NCBI GenBank assembly: GCA_905331295.1
Contig: CAJNYD010000062.1
Coordinates: forward strand, 186,001 to 250,000
Length of the DNA: 64,000 nucleotides
DNA from: Rotaria socialis
Taxonomy: Eukaryota
Direction: 5' to 3'
The notes beneath the pieces are model-generated. The model had not been told where the DNA came from. It ran no database searches and was given only the letters and a program-made list of their open reading frames with translations. Shown piece by piece: positions 29,074-41,048 of this stretch. A program made the translations under genes and the position numbers. The number at the start of each line of letters is the position of its first letter. Position 1 is the first letter of the stretch.

Positions 29074-32000
29074 ATGGATAGTGACCAAGAGTCAGCAGAA
29101 GTAAAATAAATTTGTTTTATCTACATTGACATAATATAGTTCGGTGCTTTTTTAAAATTTTTTTAGTGTCCGTTATGTTTGGAGGTACTCGAAGCTGATG
29201 ATTTGACCTTTTTTCCATGTACATGCTGTTATCAGGTACAAAACACTCCGAAAGAAATCATACATAATCGAGTTCAAATGTTTTAGATTTGCCGATTTTG
29301 CTGGCATCGTATTCGAACAGACGAAAATGGTTTATGTCCAGCATGCCGAAAAGTAAGATAAACTATTATGAGTCATGTTTTAGAACGAAAAAAAATGTAT
29401 TGTCAGATAATCCATCAAAACAAAACAGATTATGATTAGTGGAAAATGTGAAAAAACTTATGAAAATAAGTCTGTAACTTTATTGCATGTTCTATATCAT
29501 TATTGGTTGAAATGAGACTATGTGATATTTAAAAAAGATGTTTTCAATTAAGAGTACATATTAAACTATGAATAACTTTTTTCCAATGATATACTATTTA
29601 CTAGTCAGACATAAGTTAGTTATTTATCAAAACTTCAGTAGTTCAGTAATGATGTATATCGATAGCGTAATTGTCACTATTTCTACATTATCATAGGGTG
29701 ATTTTATTCAGTGGTAGTAAAATATTTTATCTAACTTATGTTTTCATTAATGATGATTTGATTAACTCTACAGAGAATCATACAACTGTGAATTTCAAAT
29801 CAAATTAGTTCGAAAATCATATTGACTCTACCGTTGTTTTACATTGTTTTCATTATAGCATTTTGATGCGATGAAATAATCTTAATTCTTTGTAAATAAT
29901 GTTCGTTTCTAATCAATTAGAAAATGGAATCTATGGCTTCATAAAAGAACAATGGTGTATTCCCTACTCTGTTTTATTTTCGACTCCGAGAAATTGTTTT
30001 TCTTGTCTACTGATCATTCATATTTAATATTACAAAAAAAAAAATCTACTAAATTATTTCAATTTTTTTCAGCCATACAGTGAAAATCCGGCACAATTTA
30101 AACCGTTGACTGATGAAGAGTAATGATTGATAATATTTCAATTTTTTTCTTAAATTCTTATGATAATTGCTTTTCTTTGCCTAGAATTCAACAAGTAAAA
30201 CGTGATAGAAAGCTAAAAGAATCAAATAAAAAGCCAAAGATAACCGAAAGTCGGAAACACTTAGCCAATCTACGGTAGATCAAATTGTTTCACTGTATTT
30301 TTTCTATTTACTATGTTTTTGTTTCTATAGCGTTGTTCAACGAAACCTTGTATTTGTTAATGGACTTCCGTCACGTTTAGCTGATACAGAATTATTGAGA
30401 CGAAATGATCATTTTGGTAAATATGGTAAAATAGTCAAATTAGTTACATCACCAGCACACAATGGACAATTAAATTCTATATGTGTATATATAACATATT
30501 CTCGTTCAGACGAAGCTTTACGTGCTATACAATCTCTATGTAACTATCATGTTGATGGTCGAACATTAAAAGCTACATTGGGTACTACAAAGTATTGCAG
30601 TCGATATTTAAAAGGTGCGACATGTCAAAAAGCTGATTGCTTATACTTGCATGAGCTAGGCGATCCTTTAGCAAGTTTCACTAAAGAACAAATGCAACAA
30701 GGGTAAATTAAATTTTAAAAAAAACTTAATATGAATAGCAAAACGTTTTATTTTTTCTATTCAGTCTTCATCTTGAATATGAACGAAAACTTATGGAACA
30801 GTACACAAATAAATTATTATCAGATACACCAAAGATTGGACGAACGACAGTCGATGGGTAGGATTTTTAGCTTTTCATTCTGAATTATGATTAACTTTGT
30901 TTTTTTACTTTTTGATGATAGAACTAAAAGTGAATCAGTATCGTCACAAAAACAAAAAGGACCAACACCATTATTGACAACGACAAATGATTGCAATGCT
31001 TCGATATCAAATACAATCAATGGACATTCTGATTTAGAATCAGGAGATGAAACAAATAATAACAATAGCATTAGTACTACATCAAATCATCATACAATGA
31101 ATGGATATCACAATGATACATTCACTAGGTAAATACTCAATATATGGTTTGATGAATGAGATCGGAGTTATACAAGAGAACAAAATCACAAGACAGTATC
31201 GATCCGAGTTAAAATTAAACTATTTTTGGATTGAACACCAACACTAGAAAAGATACAGTGTATCATCAGAGTCGTACTGTTACTATTTTATAAGCATCAT
31301 TGATAGTTCACAATGATCAAGTTTGTTAGACTAAGCAATAGAGTGAACAGAAAAGAACTTATGTAATATTAAGAGTTCAATGAATAAATTATGGTAACTT
31401 TCTTGTTTTCTGCTTTGATTAGAAAATAAAATCTTGTCTTTTTTAAAATAAGCTAGATGGTAGAGATTATTATCTGCTGTTATCTTGTCTTGGATTTTAC
31501 ATTCTTGTGTGAAAGAATTTTCTCGTTTTTTTCTCAATAGTACAACTACTATGAATGTTGATACTTTAAATGGTGATTCTGACATATCATCAACATCATC
31601 TCAAACGTCATCTGAACATGAGCCATCTCTACGATCGCAAATGCAAACATATAATATATCATTATTAACTAATTGGCCGGACGAATCAGGAAATTTTTAT
31701 CCTACGAATAATAATACTAATAATCTCGTATCTTCATCATCTCAACTGATAAATAAATCATCTGTTTCAAACATATCAAACCCAGCAAAAGATGTTCAAT
31801 CAAATGAAACCACAATTACTAATACAGTGAATGGTTTTGATCAAATACCAGAATATAAACTATTTAGTTCAAATAGCCCATCTATACATTCGATATTATT
31901 TGGTAAAAATGAACATACTCAACAGTCACATCGACCAGTTATAAACGGGATTGATCATGATTTAAGAGTAATTGAAAAAAGATTACTAGGTAAACTAAAA

Positions 32001-34409
32001 TATTTAGGACATGGGAATAGGAGAGGCGTGCGTAAATTAATTCCTTATAAGAAAATTTTCGATCTATATGGTCTAATTTTAGTGACAATATTGTATTTGA
32101 ATCATTTGACTAATACTATAAAGATAAGCTTTCGTTAAGATTTTCCCATAATGATATGTAACTGGGATATTAAATGAAATAATACCTCAAATATTTGTTT
32201 TCTTCGAATGACTTACTATCAATGCATATTAAAGTGTACAAAGTACTGATATGAGTGCAACTTAGAATACGTATAGAAACAAGTGCATCAAATTTTTACC
32301 TAAGGGAAATTCACTGAGTTTAATGCATATATGAATGTGAAGTATTCAACCGTATCAAACAAGATATCAGAGCTTAAAGCGATTCTACATCGTTAAATTG
32401 ATTTTTCAAATAATTCATAAGTTCTTTGGATAAAGAAGACTTAGACAAATGTTGAATAAATGAATTTAATTGACTCAGCCAGTGTGTAGTTTCAGTTTAC
32501 TGACTACGAACTCGATGTATAGTCAGTTGAATGTATGTCGAAGGCTCATAGCTATCATTGACAATAATGGCTATACATCTTAGTTATGAAAAATTAGAAT
32601 AATAATTTCAAATAATTCAATCGACTGAAGAGTTGAGGAATGTTTTTTTTAATTTCTTATTCGTTCTGTCGATTTCTCTTTCTGGCATCAACTAATATAT
32701 TTAGGCCAATTACTAATACTATATTAGAATCATTATAAGGTAATAAAAACTACAAATGTAAGAACCAGATAGAGAACAAATAGTTGATGAGACATAAAAG
32801 GCATCGATATTAAAAATATTGAGATATCCGAAAAAGAAATAACAATAACGTTTCACATCAGTTTGTCATATATAAATCGTGAAAATATTTATTTTCAAAG
32901 AAGTTCTTTTACTGCAGTTAACTAATGTTTAGTGTGAGTAGTATCTTTAAGATGAGATATAGTCTCTTTTAGTGTCCATGAGATTCTCTGAAAGTGCATA
33001 AGTACTTCGCAGTAGAATGTATAGAGCAATAGACAATAAACAATAGAAAAAGTACATCAAGAGTAGTGAACGTACACATGATAGATTGCTAGCATATATC
33101 GTAATGAGTAAATGTGATTGCACTTTAATTCATTATTATAATACTAAAGTTGATGAATTCTTCTATAGAGCATAATTTTTAATATCGGATCATTTAAACA
33201 CAAATTTTCTTTACACTTGTGATACAGAATTAAAATATCTACGGTATTACTTTTCGTTCATTTTGAGTGCATTATTTTCATCAGAGTTCTTTTTTTATTC
33301 GTTCTAGAAAGTAGTCTTGATAACACATCATATACTCAGACACAAGAAAATGATGAACTCGGTAAATAAATATTTTTTTCTATAATCGACTGAAAATAAT
33401 TCATTTCAACTTTAGGCTTCGATCCATGTAGTTTATTTATGTCCGCACTTGCATCTGATATCGAAGATGAAAGACGACCACTATCATCACAAACATCTGT
33501 ATCATATCGTCCAACATCAAATTCATATGGATTTCCATCAAATCAATTCACTTCAACGACCAATAATTCATCTCAAGGGCAGATGAATTCATATTGGATG
33601 ATGCAACAACACCCGCAGCAACAGCAACAACAGTATCATCATTATCAAGAACCACCAACGACACCACAAAGACAACAAAGATATCCACTCCCATTTAGTA
33701 AATATTTATCTTCCTTGAAATGAGAATTATGATTACCATTAAAAAGCACTTGATTCTTTTTATCAGTAAGAAAAATCAATATCTTTTCTTATATTAAACC
33801 AATCAACAGTACGCATCTCAGTCAAAATCTTATCCGCTTTTTTGAAGTCTATCGATTCCGTGATTATGAATAGTTATTTATTAAGTTTTTCTAAATAAAT
33901 TTAGATGGATCATCGCCTAGACAGATTTGGAGTGGGAATCAACAACAGCAACAGCAATCACTACAATACGGATCACAGATTTCAAGTCAAATCCAACAGC
34001 AACGACTTCCACGTCGACAGCCATCACCATCACCATCACCACAATTTTCACGGGCAATAAATAATACTTATCCTTCTAATAGTACTCTGATCACAAATGA
34101 TGGTAAGAAAAACAAAGAGATATCTTATTGATTCCATGTTTTTCCTCATTAGTACCATCAAATGATCGATGGATAAATTTACCTTGGACAGATCCAGCTA
34201 TTATATCACTTGGTAATAAACTTGAAACTCCATCATCACAATGGTCTACACCTATGCAATCCCAGGGGCTTTCTGGACTAACCTCAGGAAATAATCTCAT
34301 GGCAAATTCTCGTTGGTCACAGCAACAGAGTCAAACACATATGCTAACAAATGGAACCTTTTTGCCATATTCAACAACATCAGGTGCTGATGATGGAAAT
34401 CTTTCGTAA
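29074..34409 (+). CDS. CNOT4: CCR4-NOT subunit 4, RING E3 ubiquitin ligase (multi-exon)
   Basis: C4C4 RING CPLCLE...CTCCYQICRFCWHRIRTDENGLCPACRK over exons 29074-29100, 29167-29235 and 29287-29352. RRM (VVQRNLVFVNGL...FGKYGKIVK...CVYITY), C3H finger LGTTKYC...C...CLYLH, CAF40-binding-like DELGFDP motif (~33350-33470) and C-terminal WTDPAII. Stop at 34409. Confidence 0.92.
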
Positions 34410-35877
34410 AATTAAACAGTTGATCACATGCATATATAAACAAAAATAAAAGAGAAGTCTTATTTTTTTCTCTATCTATTAGCTCCGTATCCGGCTGATG
34501 GCCTCTTCGTGTCTTCTTTCTTCTATCTTGTACTCCTTTTATGTCCATGATAATGATTCTTTTCTTTTGTTTGTTTGTTTGTTTGTTTGTTTTCTCTATC
34601 ACTTGTTGTCGTTTATCATATATATATACATACATACAAATTATTTATATTGATAATTTATTCATAGTAGTACGGAGAAAAAAGAATCAGAATGATATTC
34701 AGAACTTAAATGAGAATTATATTCATACGACAATAAAAACTAACAAAGACAATCTTATATCTGGATTACATCAAAGGTTATAAATAACAATAGATACTTT
34801 TTCGTTTGTTTATTGTCAACAAGTTTGTTTTTGTTTTTCATTTAGCAACTCTTTTGTTTGTTATCTTTGTGAGTTTCTTTATGCTTGCTTGTTTTTCATT
34901 TTCTTTTTTCGTATGTGTCTCGATTGACTTCCAAAGAGATGAACACAAATTATCGCATATATTCAAATAGATAAACAAAATAATATATGCCGGTAAACAA
35001 AATCAAAATTTAATTTTCTTACAACAAGTTCATTGTATTCTCCGTGCGAAGTATATTTGTAGTAGCATGACAATTCAATATAAATATTAGATCTGAAGAA
35101 ATTCGGTCAAAAACAAAAATGAATGTATTGAAAGTAAAATGTCTTTATATTCTCAAATATTTGATAGTACGTACAAGCATAAAAATAGAATTTACTATTA
35201 CATATAAACTTGAGTGACTCATCAAAATAATATAATGAATCATACAACAGAGAATCGTTAGGTTTCATTTGATGTGATATCATTTCGGCTTCTTTTATAT
35301 CCAGACATAAAGAAAATGGATAGTTTTTAATGATTATCTCAACGATAACATCGAAAATACCTTGTAAAGCCGTTTAAAATTTGCATTGAATTTTATTTTT
35401 GTCAAAAATCACTTTTGGTAAAATATGTACAGAAGCAAGATGACTATCAGTTGATAATGATTAGCTTAATTCTCTTACTGCTCGAATAAAAAAATTCTTC
35501 AAACGTAAGAATATTGTACATAATCAGTTTTTTTTTATATCATGTGATTGATGTAGCCTTTCTAACTCAATCCGGTATAACAATTTTGATAGTAAACACC
35601 GTAGTCTAGATATCAACAGCTAGCTATCATAGTTTCGTTACGAACTAAAATATTTTATTTTTCATCGAACATATTATAACTTAACCATTGGGAAGAAGTT
35701 TTTGAAAAATTAAAAAAAGCATTAAAACGAAGCAATATTTTGCCATTTGTATATTTGTTGCTTTAAAAATATGAAAACTAATATTAATTCAAAACTGAAA
35801 GAAAAGACAACATCAAACGGGGAAAAATACTCTGAGAAAGAAAACTAATGAAATAATTAATTTTAACAAAAGAGCAA

Positions 35878-38800
35878 TCATGAGCATCGCTCATAGAATA
35901 AAAGATAGCAATTTTCTGTGACACATAATGTTCGACAAATATTGTCAATTTCATTGATTTCTGTTTTATGTTCATTATCGGATAGAAACCACTGTGAATT
36001 ATCTGTACGATATAAACAAACGTATTGTTTAGAGTTAGAATTTGTTTGATTCATTGACGACGAATGAAAATTGTTTGATGAATTTAAACATATGCCGGTT
36101 TGTTGATAACGTGCAGGTATTATCATTGATGAATCTATTAATCCTAACCATGTTGTGTAATGAATATGTGATAGATCAAGTATTTTTTCAGGTTCTATTA
36201 TAATATTTGTGTTTAATTTTGTGGTAGTTCGTGAAACAGGATCATAAAAAAGACGTTTTAATTGAATACAAAGAATAGAAGGAAAATTTGCAATCAACGT
36301 TTGACATTTCATTCTATCAGACTTATAACTTGTTGCTAAGTTAGAGGTATGAGTCGAAAGAGGAACTAGAAAATGATCAACATTGTAAAAGTTTTAATTA
36401 AAAAAAAATGACTTACTGGATATATTTGCTGTTGATGACACTGCTTGATCAAATGGTTGAATATGTGTGTTTACAAGAGGTGACAGAGTAGGTCTAAATA
36501 AATGTAGAGATTCCATGTTTTTTACGTTTTGTTATTACAAAAAAATTAAACTGTTCAAATATAAAATAGGTTAAATATTCAACACTAATGTATAGCTCAA
36601 ACTATTAACTGATTGATTTCTAAGTGAGGTATGAGGTTGATGTAAAAGATGATCCTTCCGTCATTCCTTCTTTCGAAGAAAAATCTAATGAAACATACAT
36701 AGTTTTAGTCAGGATTGTTCCATTTTTAATTACTGTTGATTTTCTTTCAAGATCTTGATTTGTTTGACTTGAGCAATACGAACAAGATATTGAATCGACC
36801 TAGATAAATTAAAAGGAGTTTATGTGACTGAATAGCAAGAAAAAGAATGTTCATACGTCTTCAATTTTTGTTAATTGAGAAAGAAGTTGTTCTAAAGTTA
36901 TAGTTGTTTTACTAACGGGCAATATCAATATTTGAAATGGTTCAGCACAAAAACGTACATGAGAACATCTAGAAGAGCTTGTTTAAAAAAAAGGGAAAAG
37001 GCTAAAATGTTATTCTACTTACTTATTACAACAATATGCATGGAGTAGTTGTCCAGAAAACGTATGCTTTAGAATGGAACCAAGTTGTATATGATGAAGT
37101 AACCATGTCAGATCAATATATTGAATTATATAAGATGTTTGTGCATCTATATTGTCTACTGTTACTTTATTATGAAGCTAAATGAATAGAACAATGACTT
37201 TTTTACGACTCTTAGCGGAATACTTTATTTACTTGTGCTTCAGTTTCGATATACATTCTATTTAGAAAATCGAGTGACAATGTTGTTAACTTTTGGTTGT
37301 GTACTTGTCCAATAACACTAAAGCTAAACATATGCAAAGACAAATCCACGTGTTTAGTTACTTTTTTGAATAGACTAGTTTTTGTTTTGATAGAGACTGA
37401 TTTAGTGCATCAGTTATACATTGAAATAATTCTGCAATATCTGGTGTTGTAGGTTTTGTTAACAAGTCTGGATAAATAGTACTGAGTTTTGAGATAAATG
37501 ATGATAGGCCAACAAGTGTATTCGCATGTTTATATTCAGTAGTATGATGATTAGCTCGTAATTGAGAAATAAGATCAAGGAAAGTAGATACAATTGGATC
37601 ATAATTGAAACGTGACAGCTAAATAAAACGTAAGTCTTTCAACGTCCATATAATATATAAGAATACAAGTACCATAAATATATGTTATTTCATAGAGAAA
37701 AAGCCTAAAAACTATAGGATAGACTCGCATTTCTATTGAAAGATATCATACCACTAATAAATACAAATGGGAAACAGCGGACTTGAAATTGAAAAGTACG
37801 TCAAAACAGGTCAAAGTACATAATTGAATTAGCTCAAAGTTTCTTCAAGTTCAAAAGCCTTTCGTTTCTCCTTGAATCAATAGCCTACACCATAGTTGTT
37901 TTAAAATATTTTTCAATTGAAGGAAAAAATATGTATTCCGTCCAATGAAACTATAATTTGAAAAAATTTTCAAAACTTTTTCAAATGTTCCACTTTCAAA
38001 TAACATGTTTATTTTATGAAGAGAGTGACAAATTGATACTTAAGCAATAATTTATTTATTTAAAATGAAGACATTTATGAAAGAACATATTAACCATTTG
38101 CTACTGAAAAAATAATCCCAATGAATGCAATGGTGTAGTTTAAACCGTGACTAGACAAGCGTTTTCTCGGTTCTATTTAATGATTTTAATTGAAGGTCTA
38201 GTATCATTTCAATTTTGTCTTGTAACTAAACCTGAGTAAATACTGCAGTAAATTAATGAAAAGCTGTATAAGATTGTACTAAATGATAGATGACTGTCAA
38301 TAGTCACCTTCAGATCAATCGCAGGATTAGAGAAAAAAAAACTCTTTGAAATTACACTACTGATTTTACTGCTTAATTGATCTAGAAAACCGATTCTTTG
38401 AATGCATTTCTTACATTTATATTTCTTTGTAACGATGAATAAAAGCTATTGAGTGATGCTAAACTTTGTAAAAGAATATTCAACGAACATGTTGTTTCAT
38501 GCAACTTTAAAATACCAGGTCTTGGTAACAATTGAACAAGCGATGACTAGACAGAAAGAAATAAGACAAAAAGAATCGTTCATAAAACTTTGAAACCATT
38601 GTATGCATAGTTACCTGTTGAAGTCGAAGATCATTAGTCAGTTTTAAATGATAACTATAGAGATATTTTTCTGGAAGTTTTTTTGCTATCAATACTTTCG
38701 AAGATGAATAATGATGAGTATAATTTGAAATAAAATTGTATAAACAATTAATTGTTAATTGGAATAGTCTAAGAAAAACATGAATAAATAATTTAATCCT

Positions 38801-39111
38801 ATTTATTGTTAGTTTGAGACGTTTTTCTGTATGAAGTATTCCAATAATATGAAGAAGAAGAAAAACTGTAAGTATGAATGTTGTATGATGATAAACTGTT
38901 ATAAAACAAATTGAAAAGCCAAGAAATAGACATTCCCATAGAAATACATCAAAACGGTTTTCTTTTCTAAACCAATGCAGAAAAGAACTGTGCGAAAATT
39001 GAAAGGAAAAACAATTCTAACGTACTTCGTATTAATAAGAATAAATTTTGTTATATTATCAACAATTAAATAAATAGTAAATTCAAACAGAACGTTTGAT
39101 AGCAACCACAT
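35878..39111 (-). CDS. USP-family (peptidase C19) ubiquitin hydrolase-like protein with hydrophobic N-terminus, probably catalytically impaired
   Basis: The spliced frame gives a Cys box PGILKLHETTCSLNILLQSL (~38520-38455), a PDIAELFQ box, FSGQL..YCCNKC..EPFQILILP, CSYC, PSILCIQLKRLFYD and C-terminal WFLSDNE...NCYLLFYER. The His box reads KQYVC instead of GHY. The 5' exons (39111-39026, 38987-38615) are less certain. Confidence 0.75.
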
Positions 39112-39270
39112 TATTTTTGATAATCCATAAACCGCAGCACAGCAATATGGTTCTCATCTCAGTAAAAAAACAACGTTGCCTATAAAATATTATTCGCTTC
39201 TCATTCAACCAATCAAATACATCGAGAATATATGTCTTATTTTCACATAAACTCTTCGAATCATCTCATC
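39112..39270. promoter_or_regulatory. Compact bidirectional promoter (USP-like / PRDX5) with CCAAT box
   Basis: Divergent ATGs about 160 bp apart. AACCAATCA at ~39207-39215. Confidence 0.5.
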
Positions 39271-41048
39271 ATGTTTCGTGCTATTAAAACTATTCAATTA
39301 TCAGCAACAACAGCTGTTCGATCGTTTCACGCAACAAAACCCTTATTCTTGGCTAGTAATAGTGCCATTAAAGTAAAGAGTAAGGATCTTTTTCATTTTA
39401 CAAATAGTTCATTATTAGGAAGGCGCAACTTTGCCAAAACATACATTGTTTGAAAATGAACCTAAAAATAAAGTAAATATTGAAGATGTTTTTGCTGGAA
39501 AAAAAGGAAGTACGTATATTATTCTTCTGCCAATCAATCAATCAGTGAGTTTGCTTTTGTCTAGTTCTATTCGGTGTGCCAGGTGCATGTAAGTTTAAAT
39601 AATACACCAATATAAAATAATCATTTTTCAAAATTTTATCAGTTACTCCTGGATGTTCAAAGGTTAATTGTAGTAGGTGTTTTTTTTCTATAGTTTATTA
39701 ATTTTGCATTTTAGACTCATTTACCTGGCTATGTAAATTCAGCAAAGGAATTTCAAAAACTAGGTTATGATACAATAGTTTGTGTAACTGTTAACGACCC
39801 ATTCGTTTGTCAGGCTTGGGCAAAAGAGCATAAAGCTGAAGGAAAAGTAAGGTTGATGATATTTTTTGCTCTTGATCAGTAGTACAAATTTTAATTTAAA
39901 TGGATGTAGATTTAGAAAAAAAAGAAATTTTTTTGCAAATGAAGTCAATATCTCAATAGAAGTTGGAAATCTAGTATAAGGATTCTAGCGTAGCTTAAAC
40001 AATCTATTGTGACCAGCCACTTTAGTCCTTCACTAACCTTACAAAGATATCCTAATATATTCAAATGATAGGTATCAGTTTGAATGGTTCTCTGAACATT
40101 CCTAAGAATAAAAGGTTCGCTTTTTTGATTCTTCAAGGTCAGAAATAATTGACTTTTATGTTGAGATGATGATAGTGTTTGCACAAATCTGAGACACTTT
40201 TTTGCGAATCTAATAAAACATATTCTCTAACGCAAGCATAGTCTTAAAATCTTTGCTCCCTCTTCAATTGGATTCAATTGCTTAAAAATATAATCAACAG
40301 TATATTTAAGAGCTTACTAGAATATTATTGCTTAAAATCATAGTAACAAACGATTTTCTAATAAATCTTCATTGAAATTATGTTCAAGTGTGCTTCTAAA
40401 AATAATTTGAGTTAAATTTGATTTTGATAACATATTCCATTGGTAAAAGTTTTACAAAACTAAGTTGTCGAGGTCTTCTTTCTTTTTTTTTCGAAAAAGT
40501 ATTAGACAATATTAGTTTATCTTCAATTAAATATTTGAATTCCCTCATTATTGCATGAAGCGAGTGATTTGGAAGTAACGGTAAAAAATACTTATTTCTG
40601 TATTTGAATGAAATCGATTCATTGACCAATTGTATTAAATGTAGATATTAGTGATTGATGAAGAAGTTTGATCTGAGATCAAGTGAACAGATTCTCAATT
40701 CTTTTTATTAATTTTAGGTACGAGTATTAGCCGATCCTGATGCTAAATTTACCAAGGTAACAAGAAGTAGAAAAATCAAACGATGAAAAAATGTTTTCGT
40801 AACATGTAATTTTAGGCTCTTGGACTCGAAAAAGACCTGTCAGCTGTTTTGGGAAATGTTCGATCATCTCGGTAAATTCAATATTAGCATTCAAAAATAT
40901 TCATTTTGTTCTATGTTTCAGATATGCTATGGTCATTGATAATAATAAAGTACAGAAATTATTCATTGAACCCGATGGTACAGGTTTAAGCTGCTCGGTA
41001 TCACAAACAGTTCTTGATGAAATCAAGAAAGGTGATCTGGCTAAATGA
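39271..41048 (+). CDS. PRDX5: Peroxiredoxin-5 (atypical 2-Cys Prx), mitochondrial presequence
   Basis: Presequence MFRAIKTIQLSATTAVRSFHATKPL. Peroxidatic motif GVPGAFTPGCSKTHLPGY is split over two microexons (39564-39588, 39643-39662). Also VNDPFV, LADPDAKFTKALGL, RSSRYAMVI and resolving Cys EPDGTGLSCS. Stop at 41046-41048. Confidence 0.93.

Noticed and set aside
37081..37180. Apparent frameshift or stop in a USP exon
   Set aside because: On careful re-reading the exon is open (AQTSYIIQYIDLTW...), so the gene is not disrupted here.
39900..40660. TE-like sequence in the long PRDX5 intron (similar relics near 37700-38100 and 56450-57200)
   Set aside because: No definable TIRs or TSDs by eye, so a repeat library is needed.
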